Assembly (NCBI GenBank): GCA_963786955.1
Contig: CAWBAT010000004.1
Coordinates: forward strand, 256,001 to 320,000
Source of the DNA: an uncultured Acidimicrobiia bacterium
GTDB lineage: Bacteria > Acidobacteriota > Terriglobia > Versatilivoradales > Versatilivoraceae
Direction of reading: 5' to 3'
DNA: 64,000 nucleotides
Part shown: in pieces, positions 39,335-48,303 of the stretch
Layout of the letters: the number at the start of each line of letters is the position of its first letter
Position numbering within the stretch: the first letter of the stretch is position 1
Notes under the pieces: model-generated
Seen by the model: only the letters and a program-made list of their open reading frames with translations
Database searches by the model: none
What the model was told of the DNA's origin: nothing
Position numbers and translations under genes: made by a program

Positions 39335-39398
39335 GCCTAACCCGCCGGTTCCAGCCGACCGCTGAAAAGCGCGGCGGGTGAAGCTCAATTCGTTCGGC
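39335..39398 (+). other. attC7 (closes a roughly 190-bp cassette with no complete gene)
   Basis: R'' GCCTAAC, TTCCAGCCG...CGGGTGAA imperfect L boxes, R' GTTCGGC. Confidence 0.75.
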
Positions 39399-39413
39399 GG
39401 AGGATACGAGTCG

Positions 39414-39897
39414 ATGAGTTGGTTCCCGGACATGGGTACGTTCACCATGATTGACGCGGGGGACCACGTTCGAGCCGTTGGCTGGCTGTCGAGAAAGCAC
39501 CGCTTCACCAAAGGCAACGTGCCCGCCGAGTTCCGGGCCCGGCTTCGGGAGTTTGCCGCCAAATGGGATCAAAGCGCTGATGCCCTCGGCTGGGGCATCT
39601 TCAAGGGGCTGCACCGCTGCGAGTTGTGTTTATTGCGTCGTTTCACAGCCAGCGGCAACTTCGGGGTTCCGTACGGCGACCTGTTGTTTGCGGTCCCTGA
39701 AATGATCTCCCACTACGTTGAGGTGCATCATTACCATCCGCCAGTTGAGTTCATCGCGGGGGTACATGCAGTCACCTATACCGGGAACTGACGAGTACCG
39801 AGTTTCGGTCCAGCCGTTTCGGCGGCTGCACGAACGAAGTATGCAAGCCATGCGGAGCGCCGAACCACCCTCTGCACCTGACCGCGGTGGCAAGTAA
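39414..39897 (+). pseudogene. Cassette 8: hypothetical protein with H-x-C-x2-C motif, probable +1 frameshift at about 39765
   Basis: AVGWL, GLHRCELC, APE-like VPEMISHYV..H.Y.PP; GGAGG RBS; a plausible tail MQSPIPGTDEY in the next frame. Confidence 0.7.
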
Positions 39898-39952
39898 CGT
39901 TTCGGAGTTCACAGTCTCACCCCGCCGCGGCAGGTGAGCTTGTGCGTTAGGC
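39859..39952 (+). other. attC8
   Basis: R'' GCCGAAC matches the cassette start GTTCGGC; CACCTG.CCGCGG/CCGCGGCAGGTG; R' GTTAGGC. Confidence 0.85.
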
Positions 39953-39975
39953 ATCTTCACTAACCGGAGAACGCG

Positions 39976-40570
39976 TTGACGGAGAACCGTGGTCCAAATA
40001 TCGTCTTGGAGAACCGCCATACTGGTGAACGCCTGACCCTGAGCCGCGTCACGCGGGGCGACGAGGTCTGGTTGGAACTGAAGGGATTCCTTCCGCCGCA
40101 TCGGGAGGGGCCTCCTCTACACATTCACTTCTCGGAGGACGAGGAGGGGCACGTCACATCGGGCACTCTTACCGCTGTGGTCGATGGGCGCCAAATCAAA
40201 GCGGGCCCCGGAGAATCCGCCGCCGCTACCGCGCGGTTCTGCGCATCGCTGGTGGAACGAAGGAGACGAGGCGCTCGAGTTCTTGGGCTATGCTCGACCC
40301 TTGGTGGATTTAGATCGGTATCTTCAAGCCGTGTTCGAAGTCATGAACGCAGGCCCTGAAGGGCGGCCTCCACTCTTCTACCTGGCCCATGTGGCCTTGC
40401 GGCACCGTCGCACGCAGGCCGTACTCATCATGCCTCGACCGATTCAAGCCTTGCTCTTTCGAGTCATCTTCGCGATCGGCACAGTGCTGGGGCGCTACCG
40501 CGGCAATGACTGGCCCGGGTGTCCATCTCGCTGTCTCGGCGCGCCGAGCGGTGCCGGAGAGGAGGTCTAG
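39976..40570 (+). pseudogene. Cassette 9: cupin domain protein, +1 frameshift at about 40222
   Basis: PPLHIHFSEDE...V.SG.L, then PRGSAHRWWN in the next frame. Confidence 0.8.
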
Positions 40571-40609
40571 CCAGCCCGAAGCAGGCGCTGCTGAAGGCGA
40601 TTGTTAGAC
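40565..40609 (+). other. attC9, degenerate and shortened
   Basis: R''-like GTCTAGC and R' GTTAGAC only 45 bp apart; weak stem. Confidence 0.5.
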
Positions 40610-40668
40610 CGCACAAGGACTGGTTCTAGATGCCTGTATCCCCAACATAAACAGAATGGAGATGCTCC

Positions 40669-41109
40669 ATGAGAGGCGAGAAGATTTACGAGTATGACCT
40701 TGATGTCACGGGAATGACCGACTACGGAGTAAGCCTGGGAGCGATCCTTTCGGGCAAAGAAAAGATACCGCCGCAGGGGGTTCGCATCGACGTCGCGTTT
40801 GAGGGCCGCGCCATTGGCCGGCTGGCGGGGCGAGTGCAGGGCATCGACTATCTCCGGATACGCGCCGACGGCCGTATCGACCTTGATATTCGCGCAGTCG
40901 TTGAAACTGAGAACGGTTGCCGGATTGCGCTGTCCGCCGACGGCGTGGCTGTGCCGCGCGTTGCAGAACCAATTGCCGATCTTCTTGAGAACGTGAGCCT
41001 CAGCACGGCAGCCGAGGAATACATTTGGGTCAACACGCGACAGGTGTGGGGGGTTGGGACCGTGAATTTCGCTATTGGCAAGATTCACATCGACGCATAC
41101 ATGCAGTGA
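40669..41109 (+). CDS. Cassette 10: hypothetical beta-barrel protein (DUF3237-like)
   Basis: GIDYLRIRADG..LDIR..ET..G and Y.WVN....GVG pattern; GGAG RBS. Confidence 0.7.
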   Translation: MRGEKIYEYDLDVTGMTDYGVSLGAILSGKEKIPPQGVRIDVAFEGRAIGRLAGRVQGIDYLRIRADGRIDLDIRAVVETENGCRIALSADGVAVPRVAEPIADLLENVSLSTAAEEYIWVNTRQVWGVGTVNFAIGKIHIDAYMQ

Positions 41110-41150
41110 ATGTCCCGACTTCGTCCTGCGGCGCACGGGAACAGAATGAG

Positions 41151-41226
41151 GTTTAACAACGGCCTAACGGCCTGCAGCGGACAGGGCCGGAAAGCCGCCG
41201 GCCTCTTATCTGGTTCGTTATTGGGC
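41151..41226 (+). other. attC10, degenerate
   Basis: R'' GTTTAAC, 8-bp tandem duplication AACGGCCT, L'' CTGCAGCGGAC; right arm missing; R'-like ATTGGGC. Confidence 0.55.
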
Positions 41227-41255
41227 TGGCAGGTCAAGGGGAAATGGAGGTGGTG

Positions 41256-41940
41256 ATGAAGGTCATGGAGATCTGGCGATATCCGGTCAAGACGATGGCC
41301 GGTGAGAAGCTGCAACGGGCACGCCTGGGGCCACTCGGCATCGACGGCGATCGAGTCGTGCATGTCGAGGACGTTCAGGGTCGGGTGATCACCTCGCGCT
41401 CCCATCCGCGTTTCCTGGGTCATAAAGGTACGTTGGGTGCAGATGGTGACACCCTGGGTGGACGGCCGGCCGTGGAACAGTCCGGAGGTCGCAGCCGAGA
41501 CTGTAGACATTGCCGGGCCAGGCGCGAAGTTGGTGCGTTACGACGGCGCCGAGCGCTTTGACGTGCTGCCATTGCTGGTGGCTACCGATGGCGCCATCGC
41601 CGCCTTCGGTCACGACCATCGCCGCTTACGACCCAACATCGTGATCGGAGGTGTCGAGGGGTTGGCCGAGCGCGATTGGCCGGGCGGATGCCTGCGCATC
41701 GGCAAGGTGCTTATCGGTGTGCAGGATTTGCGCCTACGCTGCATCATGACTTCATACGATCCCGACACGCTGGTCCAAGAAAAGGAAATTACCCGCGGCA
41801 TCTACCGGCGCTTCGATGGCAAGCTTGCCCTCAACTGCTTCGTGATCGAAGGAGGCGAGATCGGCGTGGGCGACGAGGTGCAACAGATGCGCGGCCGTGC
41901 CTGCGCGGAGTCTGCCGCGGCAGCAGAATTCGCCGACTAG
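41256..41940 (+). pseudogene. Cassette 11: MOSC domain protein, +1 frameshift at about 41454
   Basis: IWRYPVKTMAGE, GIDGDR, RRLRPNIV, RCIMT, GEIGVGD split across two frames. Confidence 0.85.
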
Positions 41941-41962
41941 GCTCGCCTTGGCCGCTCAGTCC

Positions 41963-42087
41963 GCCTAACAACCGCGTGAACGCGACGGTCTGTCCGGGCG
42001 ACCCCTTGGCTTCGACCGTTCGCGGTCAGTCAAGTCTATGGCTTGCCGACTCGCTCAGGCTTCTGCTTAGCTCGCCCGCCGTTAGGC
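41963..42087 (+). other. attC11
   Basis: R'' GCCTAAC, GCGTGAACGCG L''-like box, R' GTTAGGC; arms pair imperfectly. Confidence 0.7.
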
Positions 42088-42106
42088 GCTTAGGTGTAAG
42101 GTATTT

Positions 42107-42673
42107 GTGGAATTGAAGAAGATCACTGGCTTACTTCTGCCTTTCGTACTTTCCTGCAGCGGTTGTCAATTTTCCGACAAAGGGTATCGGTTCCATGCAG
42201 CCTATCAGGCGAAAAAAACTGGTTGTCGCATCCAATTGCTCTCTCAAGGTTATGTGAAATCAGGACACGATCTAGCGGATTCGGCACTTTCACTCGTACA
42301 GTTTTGTCCTTTGCCTGGATCTCCTGGAAAGCCTTTCCGCGTTGCAATGTTAGAGGACCCTACGCCTTATGAATGGATTAAAGTAGAATGCGCGGATCTC
42401 GGCATGCCTTTAACAGAATGGAAAAATTCACCCGAGTTACTTTCAGGGTTACTTTCAAAGGCCGGATATGAAGGGATCGTTCTTGAAGAAGTGAAAGGAT
42501 TAGCTCGAGTGATGACGAACTCTTTGGCGGGTTCAAAACGGGTAGTGCTTGAAGGTCAAATTGATTCCATCGACGTTCTTCAGACTAAGATTGAATACGC
42601 TTACGAAGGACATAGAAATGAACTCCAGAGAGAATGGATCGATGATTCAGAGCTATCTCGGTGTGAAAGGTGA
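42107..42673 (+). CDS. Cassette 12: hypothetical protein, probable lipoprotein
   Basis: KK + hydrophobic stretch + CSGC lipobox-like N-terminus; AAGG RBS; lies between attC11 and attC12. Confidence 0.72.
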   Translation: MELKKITGLLLPFVLSCSGCQFSDKGYRFHAAYQAKKTGCRIQLLSQGYVKSGHDLADSALSLVQFCPLPGSPGKPFRVAMLEDPTPYEWIKVECADLGMPLTEWKNSPELLSGLLSKAGYEGIVLEEVKGLARVMTNSLAGSKRVVLEGQIDSIDVLQTKIEYAYEGHRNELQREWIDDSELSRCER

Positions 42674-42682
42674 AATGATCTT

Positions 42683-42725
42683 GCCTAACCCTTACTGCAC
42701 GCGACTTGCGTTGATAATATTAGAC
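42683..42725 (+). other. attC12, truncated terminal site
   Basis: R'' GCCTAAC matches the cassette start GTTAGGC; CTGCACGCGAC L''-like box; R'-like ATTAGAC after a short arm. Confidence 0.55.
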
Positions 42726-42761
42726 CGCTTTTCCACTCCAGATTCTATAAGCTGCATTCGT

Positions 42762-43727
42762 TCAATCTACTGGATCTTGACTGCGAGCTCTTTCGAGCTC
42801 GCTGGAAGGTTTGTCTGAGGCCGGTTTCCAGATCAGAGAAGCGATGACGGAAACTGCCAGAATCCCAGCGACCACGGCGAGTGCAATCCCCACCGGAATC
42901 TTGAATAGATCTGAGAAAACCATCTTGAGTCCCACAAAAACAAGAATGGCCGACAGTCCATATTGCAGATAACCGAAAAGCTGAATAATTCCCGAAAGCG
43001 CAAAGAAGATGGAACGCAACCCGAGAATGGCAAAGATATTGGACGTATAAACAATGAAAGGGTCATGGCTGATGGCTAGCACAGCAGGAATGGAATCCAA
43101 CGCGAATGCCAAATCAGTAGTCTCTAAGAGGATGAGTACGACAAATAGAGGAGTCGCCATGGTCTTGCCATCCAACTTGGCGAAAAATTGCCCCCCCACG
43201 TAATTCTTCGTGATGGGCATCCAACGGTGGCACAGCCTTAACACTGGATTCCTTTCAGGGTGTATTTCCTTCTCTTTTTGCAGAGCCATCTTGATCCCGG
43301 TGATGATCAGGATTCCTCCAAAAATGAAAATGACCCAATGGAACCGATGGAGCAACGAGATGCCCAAGACAATAAAGAAGGCGCGCATGACGATGGCTCC
43401 CAGAATTCCCCAAAACAACACGCGATGCTGATAGCGTCGATCTACCCGGAAATAGCCAAAGATCATGATAAAAACAAAGAGGTTGTCGATACTGAGCGCC
43501 TCTTCAATCAGGTAGCCTGTCAAGAACTCCATCGCTTTAACGGGGCCTCGCCAATGGTAGATCCCCAGATTAAAAACGACCGCCAGGCCGATCCAAACGG
43601 CACACCAGACTAAAGACTCTTTCAGAGTAACGACATGGGCGCTGCGATGAAACACCCCCAGGTCGACAATTAGCATTACGATGACAAAGAGGGTGAACCC
43701 TAACCACATGGCAATCTCAATATTCAT
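42762..43727 (-). CDS. TerC family membrane protein (Alx-like)
   Basis: GYLIEEALSIDNLFVF, QHRVLFWGILGA, DLAFALDSIPA, SNIFAILGLR. Confidence 0.92.
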   Translation of the reverse strand: MNIEIAMWLGFTLFVIVMLIVDLGVFHRSAHVVTLKESLVWCAVWIGLAVVFNLGIYHWRGPVKAMEFLTGYLIEEALSIDNLFVFIMIFGYFRVDRRYQHRVLFWGILGAIVMRAFFIVLGISLLHRFHWVIFIFGGILIITGIKMALQKEKEIHPERNPVLRLCHRWMPITKNYVGGQFFAKLDGKTMATPLFVVLILLETTDLAFALDSIPAVLAISHDPFIVYTSNIFAILGLRSIFFALSGIIQLFGYLQYGLSAILVFVGLKMVFSDLFKIPVGIALAVVAGILAVSVIASLIWKPASDKPSSELERARSQDPVD

Positions 43728-43825
43728 GGATTAGCCTTAGCTTGCGTCTCCGATACGGTGTTGCTGACTCGCTTGTCCAAGTTCACAGCCGTATTATGAC
43801 AAATGGAGGTTGCATTGCCGAAGCT

Positions 43826-43849
43826 CTTTTAATTGATCTTTTAATTGAT
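43826..43849. repeat. 12-bp tandem direct repeat between divergent metal transporters
   Basis: CTTTTAATTGAT CTTTTAATTGAT. Confidence 0.6.
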
Positions 43850-43925
43850 TGATTTCCCTTGTGCATGTCTGAAAAAATGGCGGGACTTGTGGGGCGGAAT
43901 CACCCGGCGCCCGGAGGAGCCAAGC

Positions 43926-44846
43926 GTGCAGCAAAATAAAGCCACAACAGCCATTCGGGCGGCACTCCTGGGAATTCTGGTCAACGGGACACTCGCCATC
44001 GTTAAGCTGGTCGCCGGGATATTGGGGAATTGCTATGCCTTGATTGCCGACGCTGTCGAATCGATGACGGATATCTTCAGCTCTTTTGTCGTCTGGCGGG
44101 GGCTTTCGCTTTCAGTGCAGCCCCCGGATACGGATCATCCCTACGGCCATGGAAAAGCCGAACCGCTGGCCGCTTCGTTTGTCTCACTGACCCTTTTGGC
44201 GGCCGCCATCGGAATTGCCATTCAAGCAGTTCGCGAAATTCTAATCCCCCATCATGCGCCAAAGGCTTTTACCATTTGGGTTTTGCTCATCGTTGTGATT
44301 ATCAAGGAAAGCTGGTTTCGATTTGTATTTAAGGTAGGGAACGAAGTCACGAGCACGGCGATCCGCACGGATGCTTATCATCATCGAAGCGACGCCATTA
44401 CTTCGGCGGCCGCAGCCATCGGCATCACGATTGCCCTCGTCGGCGGAAAAGGATATGAAGTGGCGGACGATTATGCCGCTATTTTTGCCAGCGCGATCAT
44501 TGCCTGGAACGGCATTCGACTCCTCCGGCCTGCCATCGATGAATTGATGGACGCAAGCCCAAGGGAAGCCATTCAAAGTGAAATCATAGAAGTAGCTCTT
44601 AGTTGTGCGGGGGTACTTGCGGTGGAAAAAGTTCTCGCGCGAAAAGCGGGTCTCTCCTACTGGGTGGACATGCATATCGAAGTGGATAAGGACCGGACCG
44701 TGGAATCAGCGCACACGCTTTCACACGTGGTAAAAGACGCCATCCGAAAGAAGATCCCTCAGATCGCCGAAGTGTTGATTCACGTCGAACCCCATCCTCA
44801 CTCGCAACAGCATGAGCATCAGAAGGCGGAAAGCAGAAGGAACTAG
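43926..44846 (+). CDS. Cation diffusion facilitator (FieF-like)
   Basis: [31 protein letters not shown]; GTG start after GGAGGAG. Confidence 0.92.
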   Translation: MQQNKATTAIRAALLGILVNGTLAIVKLVAGILGNCYALIADAVESMTDIFSSFVVWRGLSLSVQPPDTDHPYGHGKAEPLAASFVSLTLLAAAIGIAIQAVREILIPHHAPKAFTIWVLLIVVIIKESWFRFVFKVGNEVTSTAIRTDAYHHRSDAITSAAAAIGITIALVGGKGYEVADDYAAIFASAIIAWNGIRLLRPAIDELMDASPREAIQSEIIEVALSCAGVLAVEKVLARKAGLSYWVDMHIEVDKDRTVESAHTLSHVVKDAIRKKIPQIAEVLIHVEPHPHSQQHEHQKAESRRN

Positions 44847-45000
44847 GCGGTAGGCAGAAAGCAGAATGCGGTAGGCAGAGGGCAGACAGCACTAGGCAGA
44901 AAGCAATATGCAGACAGAAGTTGGCTGTAAGTAGATTATAGATGGTAGTTGGTCGCTGCCTTCTGCCGTCTGCTTTCTGCTTACTGGCTTCTGCTTACTG
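44819..45000. repeat. Heptamer tandem repeats in inverted blocks
   Basis: About 14 units of the GCAGAAG/GCGGTAG type at 44819-44920 and complementary CTGCCTT-type units at 44955-45000. Confidence 0.8.
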
Positions 45001-46353
45001 TTTTTCCAGCAATGCCAGAGCTGCGGCAATCATCGCTTTTACACCCGTTTTAATTGTGGGCTCCGGATCGGGAGCAAAAAGGCTGGAATGCAATGAGGGC
45101 AACGGGGGGCTGCCTGGTTTCTGCGCCTCCAAGTACCGGGATTTATTCACGGCTCCAAGCCAAAAGATACAGATCGGAATCTTGTCGGCCGTCCTGCCAA
45201 AGAATCCAAAGTCTTCCCCTCCCATGACCGGCCCATGATTAGCGACGTTCTCTTTCCCCAACATCGATTCCATCACGATTTGGATTTGCCGGGCAAGCCG
45301 CAAATCGTTGATGGTCGGGGGAATCGACTCACTGACCTTCATGACCGGTAAACGGTCGGGTGGAACTCCGGCAGCGAGGGCAAGATTCTTGCTGATCCGT
45401 TCAATTCCCTCGAGAATCGTGGCTCTCACAGAATCGGAATAATAGCGGACGGTCAATTGAAGCCGCACTTCATCTGGGATGATGTTGTGCTTGGTCCCTC
45501 CATGTATTGACCCGACGGTGAGCACAGCCGGCTCAATGGGAGGGATCTCACGGCTCACAATCGTTTGCAATGCCAGGATGATCTGGGCAGAGAGAACGAT
45601 CGGATCTTTAGTGGCTTGCGGATAGGCGCCATGGCCCGAGACGCCGCGAATCGTCAGATCAACCGAATCGACTCCCGCCAGGGCGTTTCCTTCGACAATA
45701 CCCACCTTCCCGGCTTCTAGACTCGCATCATCATGCATCGCCAAAACATGATCCGGTCGAGGGGATTTCTGAAACAGTCCATCTTCCAGCATGGCTTTGG
45801 CGCCCCCACCTCGCTCCTCGGCGGGTTGACCGATCATGAGAAGAGTCCCTCGCCAATGCTCCCGAAATTGACTCATCAGACGGGCGGTACCTATTAACGA
45901 GGTCATATGGATATCATGTCCGCAGGCATGCATGACCCCCACTTCGCTTCCCTGCTCTGTCCGGATTTTGATTCGGCTCGCATACTCCAATCCCGTTTGC
46001 TCGGTGACCGGCAAACCATCGAGATCGGTACGGATCATAAGCACCGGCCCATCTCCATTCTTGAGAACTCCCACCAACCCATACCCTCCGATTCCGGTCG
46101 TCACCTGAAACCCTGCCGACTCCAGTTCTTTTTCAATTCGCTCTGCGGTTTTTGCCTCCTGGAAAGAAAGCTCCGGATTCGCGTGGAGATGGCGATACAG
46201 CTGGAACAAGCTTTCGTATTCACGGTCTACGCGTGAATTGATTTCCTGTGCCAGGGAAGATTGTGTAATCCCTTGGGGAACGATCAACCCCGCAAAAATA
46301 ATAACAAACAGCAGCCATCCGAAGATTTTTGCTGAACTTTTTGATCTGATCAT
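44995..46353 (-). CDS. M20 family amidohydrolase, exported
   Basis: HLHANPELSFQE, MHACGHD, QPAEE, GEDF, LHSS; signal-like N-terminus. Confidence 0.9.
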   Translation of the reverse strand: MIRSKSSAKIFGWLLFVIIFAGLIVPQGITQSSLAQEINSRVDREYESLFQLYRHLHANPELSFQEAKTAERIEKELESAGFQVTTGIGGYGLVGVLKNGDGPVLMIRTDLDGLPVTEQTGLEYASRIKIRTEQGSEVGVMHACGHDIHMTSLIGTARLMSQFREHWRGTLLMIGQPAEERGGGAKAMLEDGLFQKSPRPDHVLAMHDDASLEAGKVGIVEGNALAGVDSVDLTIRGVSGHGAYPQATKDPIVLSAQIILALQTIVSREIPPIEPAVLTVGSIHGGTKHNIIPDEVRLQLTVRYYSDSVRATILEGIERISKNLALAAGVPPDRLPVMKVSESIPPTINDLRLARQIQIVMESMLGKENVANHGPVMGGEDFGFFGRTADKIPICIFWLGAVNKSRYLEAQKPGSPPLPSLHSSLFAPDPEPTIKTGVKAMIAAALALLEKQ

Positions 46354-46481
46354 GAAATTAGTTCCGTGAATAGTTTTCTTAATAAAAGGACCGATTCTTC
46401 CGCCCAACTGAATCAATTCTTCGACGCCGTATCCGCACGATTGCGCGGGGGGGGAGGGGAGGCAACTTGGATGTTCCGTTA

Positions 46482-46542
46482 GCCCAGGGCGGCGCGCTCA
46501 GGCGCTTGCCCTGGGCGTACAACCTCTGGCCCCGATTGGGCC
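46482..46542. repeat. REP-like palindrome, CCCAGGGC...GCCCTGGG family
   Basis: GCCCAGGGC/GCCCTGGGC stem plus a small GGCCC...GGGCC hairpin; related to 58153-58360. Confidence 0.65.
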
Positions 46543-46644
46543 AAGAACTGGCTCACCATCAGGCTTTCAGGTGCCCCCTGCATCCAGTCGCCTGACTCGT
46601 GGTAACGACCAGCCATTCAACAATTGGCAAATGAAAACACAGGC

Positions 46645-46678
46645 GTCCCTCCTTGCACAAGGGGGGACTTCAGGGGGG
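46645..46678. repeat. Short G/C-tract palindromic repeat (may double as terminator)
   Basis: GTCCCTCCTTG-CA-CAAGGGGGGAC-TTCAGGGGGG; same style as 51600-51660. Confidence 0.55.
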
Positions 46679-46716
46679 TGAGAAATTGCTGGCAAACAAT
46701 ATTTAATCCGTCTTCT

Positions 46717-48291
46717 TTAGTTTCTTCTTGCCGACTCGGAGACTCGGATCAACGTTGGCAAGACTTCCGCAAACGCATTCGCTTTTGGCTCACCAAAAGC
46801 GAAATAAAGTTTGCTAAACAGTGAGTAAAGGTCATCGTAGACAAGCTGTTCCGATTTTTTCGGCTCATAGACATTGTGAGGCGGACAAATTTTGTCCTGT
46901 GCCTCCTCAATGGTTTTAAACGTCCCGGCAGCTAGAAACGCAAAAATCGCGGAACCAAGACTCACGATTTTCTTGCTGGGCACCAACACCGGGCGCCCTA
47001 GCACATTGGCATACACTTGATTTAAGAGCGGATTGTTCTGCGGAATCCCCCCCGCATTGATGACCCGTTTGATGTGAACGTCATGTCCTGCCATACGATC
47101 CAAAATGACCCGGGTGTGGAACGCCGTCCCTTCGATGGCCGCAAACAACTCGTCTTGGGCGCTGCTCTGCAGATTCCAACCCAGTGTGATCCCTCGAAGG
47201 TTCGGATTGACCAGAACCGTTCGATCCCCATTGTCCCATGTCATCCGTAACAAGCCTGTCTGGCCCGCGCGATAGTTTTCCAAACCTTGACTCAGCGTAT
47301 TCACATCCGAACCCGCGCGTTTGGCAATGGCGTTGAAAATGTCGCCCACAGCGGAGAGCCCGGCTTCGATGCCAGTCCGCTGAGGATGCACACTTCCCTG
47401 CACCACCCCACAAACGCCTGGAACGAGGTTTACCGAGGGCGTGATCCCAATGATGCACGTCGAAGTGCCAATCACATTCACCATATCATCAGTGCGGCAG
47501 CCTGCTCCGATTGCATCCCAGTGCGCATCAAAGGCGCCGACGGGTATCGGAATACCCGCTTTTAAACCCAGCTTTTCCGCCCATTCGGGGGAAAGCGTTC
47601 CCGCAATCTGGTCCGAGGTCGCCACCTCGCCTTCCAGTTTTTCCCGAATCCCCGCCAGCAACGGATCCACTTTGCGTAAGAAGGCATCCGATGGCAGACC
47701 CCCGAGAGCTGAATTCCAGAGCCACTTATGACCCATGGCACAAGCACTGCGCTTCACCTTCTTGGGATCGGTGATGCCACACAGCGTCGCAGCCACTATG
47801 TCGCAGTGTTCAAACGCAGACGCAAACTCGGACCGCTTCGAAGGATGATGGCGGAGCCAGTGCAGCAGTTTCGAAAAGCCCCACTCCGAAGAGTACACCC
47901 CGCCACACCAATGGATGGCTTCTAGTCCTTCGCGGTGAGCCGCTTCAGTGATCTCAGCCGCTTCTCCTTTCGCTCGATGATCACACCACAAATAGTACTC
48001 GCCGAGCGGCTGCAGGTCTTTTCCAACCGGAACCACCGAAGAACCCGTGGTATCCAGAGCAATGGCTTCGATCTGCTGGCCCGAAATACCGGCTTCCTTC
48101 ACGGCTTCGCGAGCCGCCGCAGCGAGAGCACGCATGTGGTCTTCATGTGATTGGGTCGCGTATTCCGGGTCTTCCCGTTTCCTATGGAGCGGGTATTCGG
48201 CAACAGCCGACCCAAGCAAACCGCGCTCATTTTCAACAACGGAAACCCGAACACTCAACGTTCCAAAATCCACTCCAGCCACGATGGCCAT
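46717..48291 (-). CDS. araB: Ribulokinase
   Basis: GVDFGTLSVR, DTTGS, WCDH, YSSEW, CAMGHK, GDRTVL; operon with araD. Confidence 0.88.
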   Translation of the reverse strand: MAIVAGVDFGTLSVRVSVVENERGLLGSAVAEYPLHRKREDPEYATQSHEDHMRALAAAAREAVKEAGISGQQIEAIALDTTGSSVVPVGKDLQPLGEYYLWCDHRAKGEAAEITEAAHREGLEAIHWCGGVYSSEWGFSKLLHWLRHHPSKRSEFASAFEHCDIVAATLCGITDPKKVKRSACAMGHKWLWNSALGGLPSDAFLRKVDPLLAGIREKLEGEVATSDQIAGTLSPEWAEKLGLKAGIPIPVGAFDAHWDAIGAGCRTDDMVNVIGTSTCIIGITPSVNLVPGVCGVVQGSVHPQRTGIEAGLSAVGDIFNAIAKRAGSDVNTLSQGLENYRAGQTGLLRMTWDNGDRTVLVNPNLRGITLGWNLQSSAQDELFAAIEGTAFHTRVILDRMAGHDVHIKRVINAGGIPQNNPLLNQVYANVLGRPVLVPSKKIVSLGSAIFAFLAAGTFKTIEEAQDKICPPHNVYEPKKSEQLVYDDLYSLFSKLYFAFGEPKANAFAEVLPTLIRVSESARRN

Positions 48292-48303
48292 GCATCATCC
48301 CCC

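Larger units (their letters stand above)
33919..42725 (+). mobile_element. Chromosomal integron with a 12-cassette array and inactivated integrase
   Basis: Divergent intI, AT-rich attI region, co-oriented small genes separated by RYYYAAC...GTTRRRY palindromic sites. Confidence 0.92.

Noticed and set aside
36385-41454. Programmed frameshifting or phase variation as the cause of split cassette genes
   Set aside because: No shared slippery motif or long homopolymer at the break points
35159-42725. Spaced palindromes as a CRISPR array
   Set aside because: Repeats are not identical, the spacers are whole genes, there are no cas genes, and the sites fit attC architecture
43728-43825. yybP-ykoY manganese riboswitch upstream of terC
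   Set aside because: The characteristic GGGGAGUAG 5' segment was not found; only vague similarity, needs an Rfam scan
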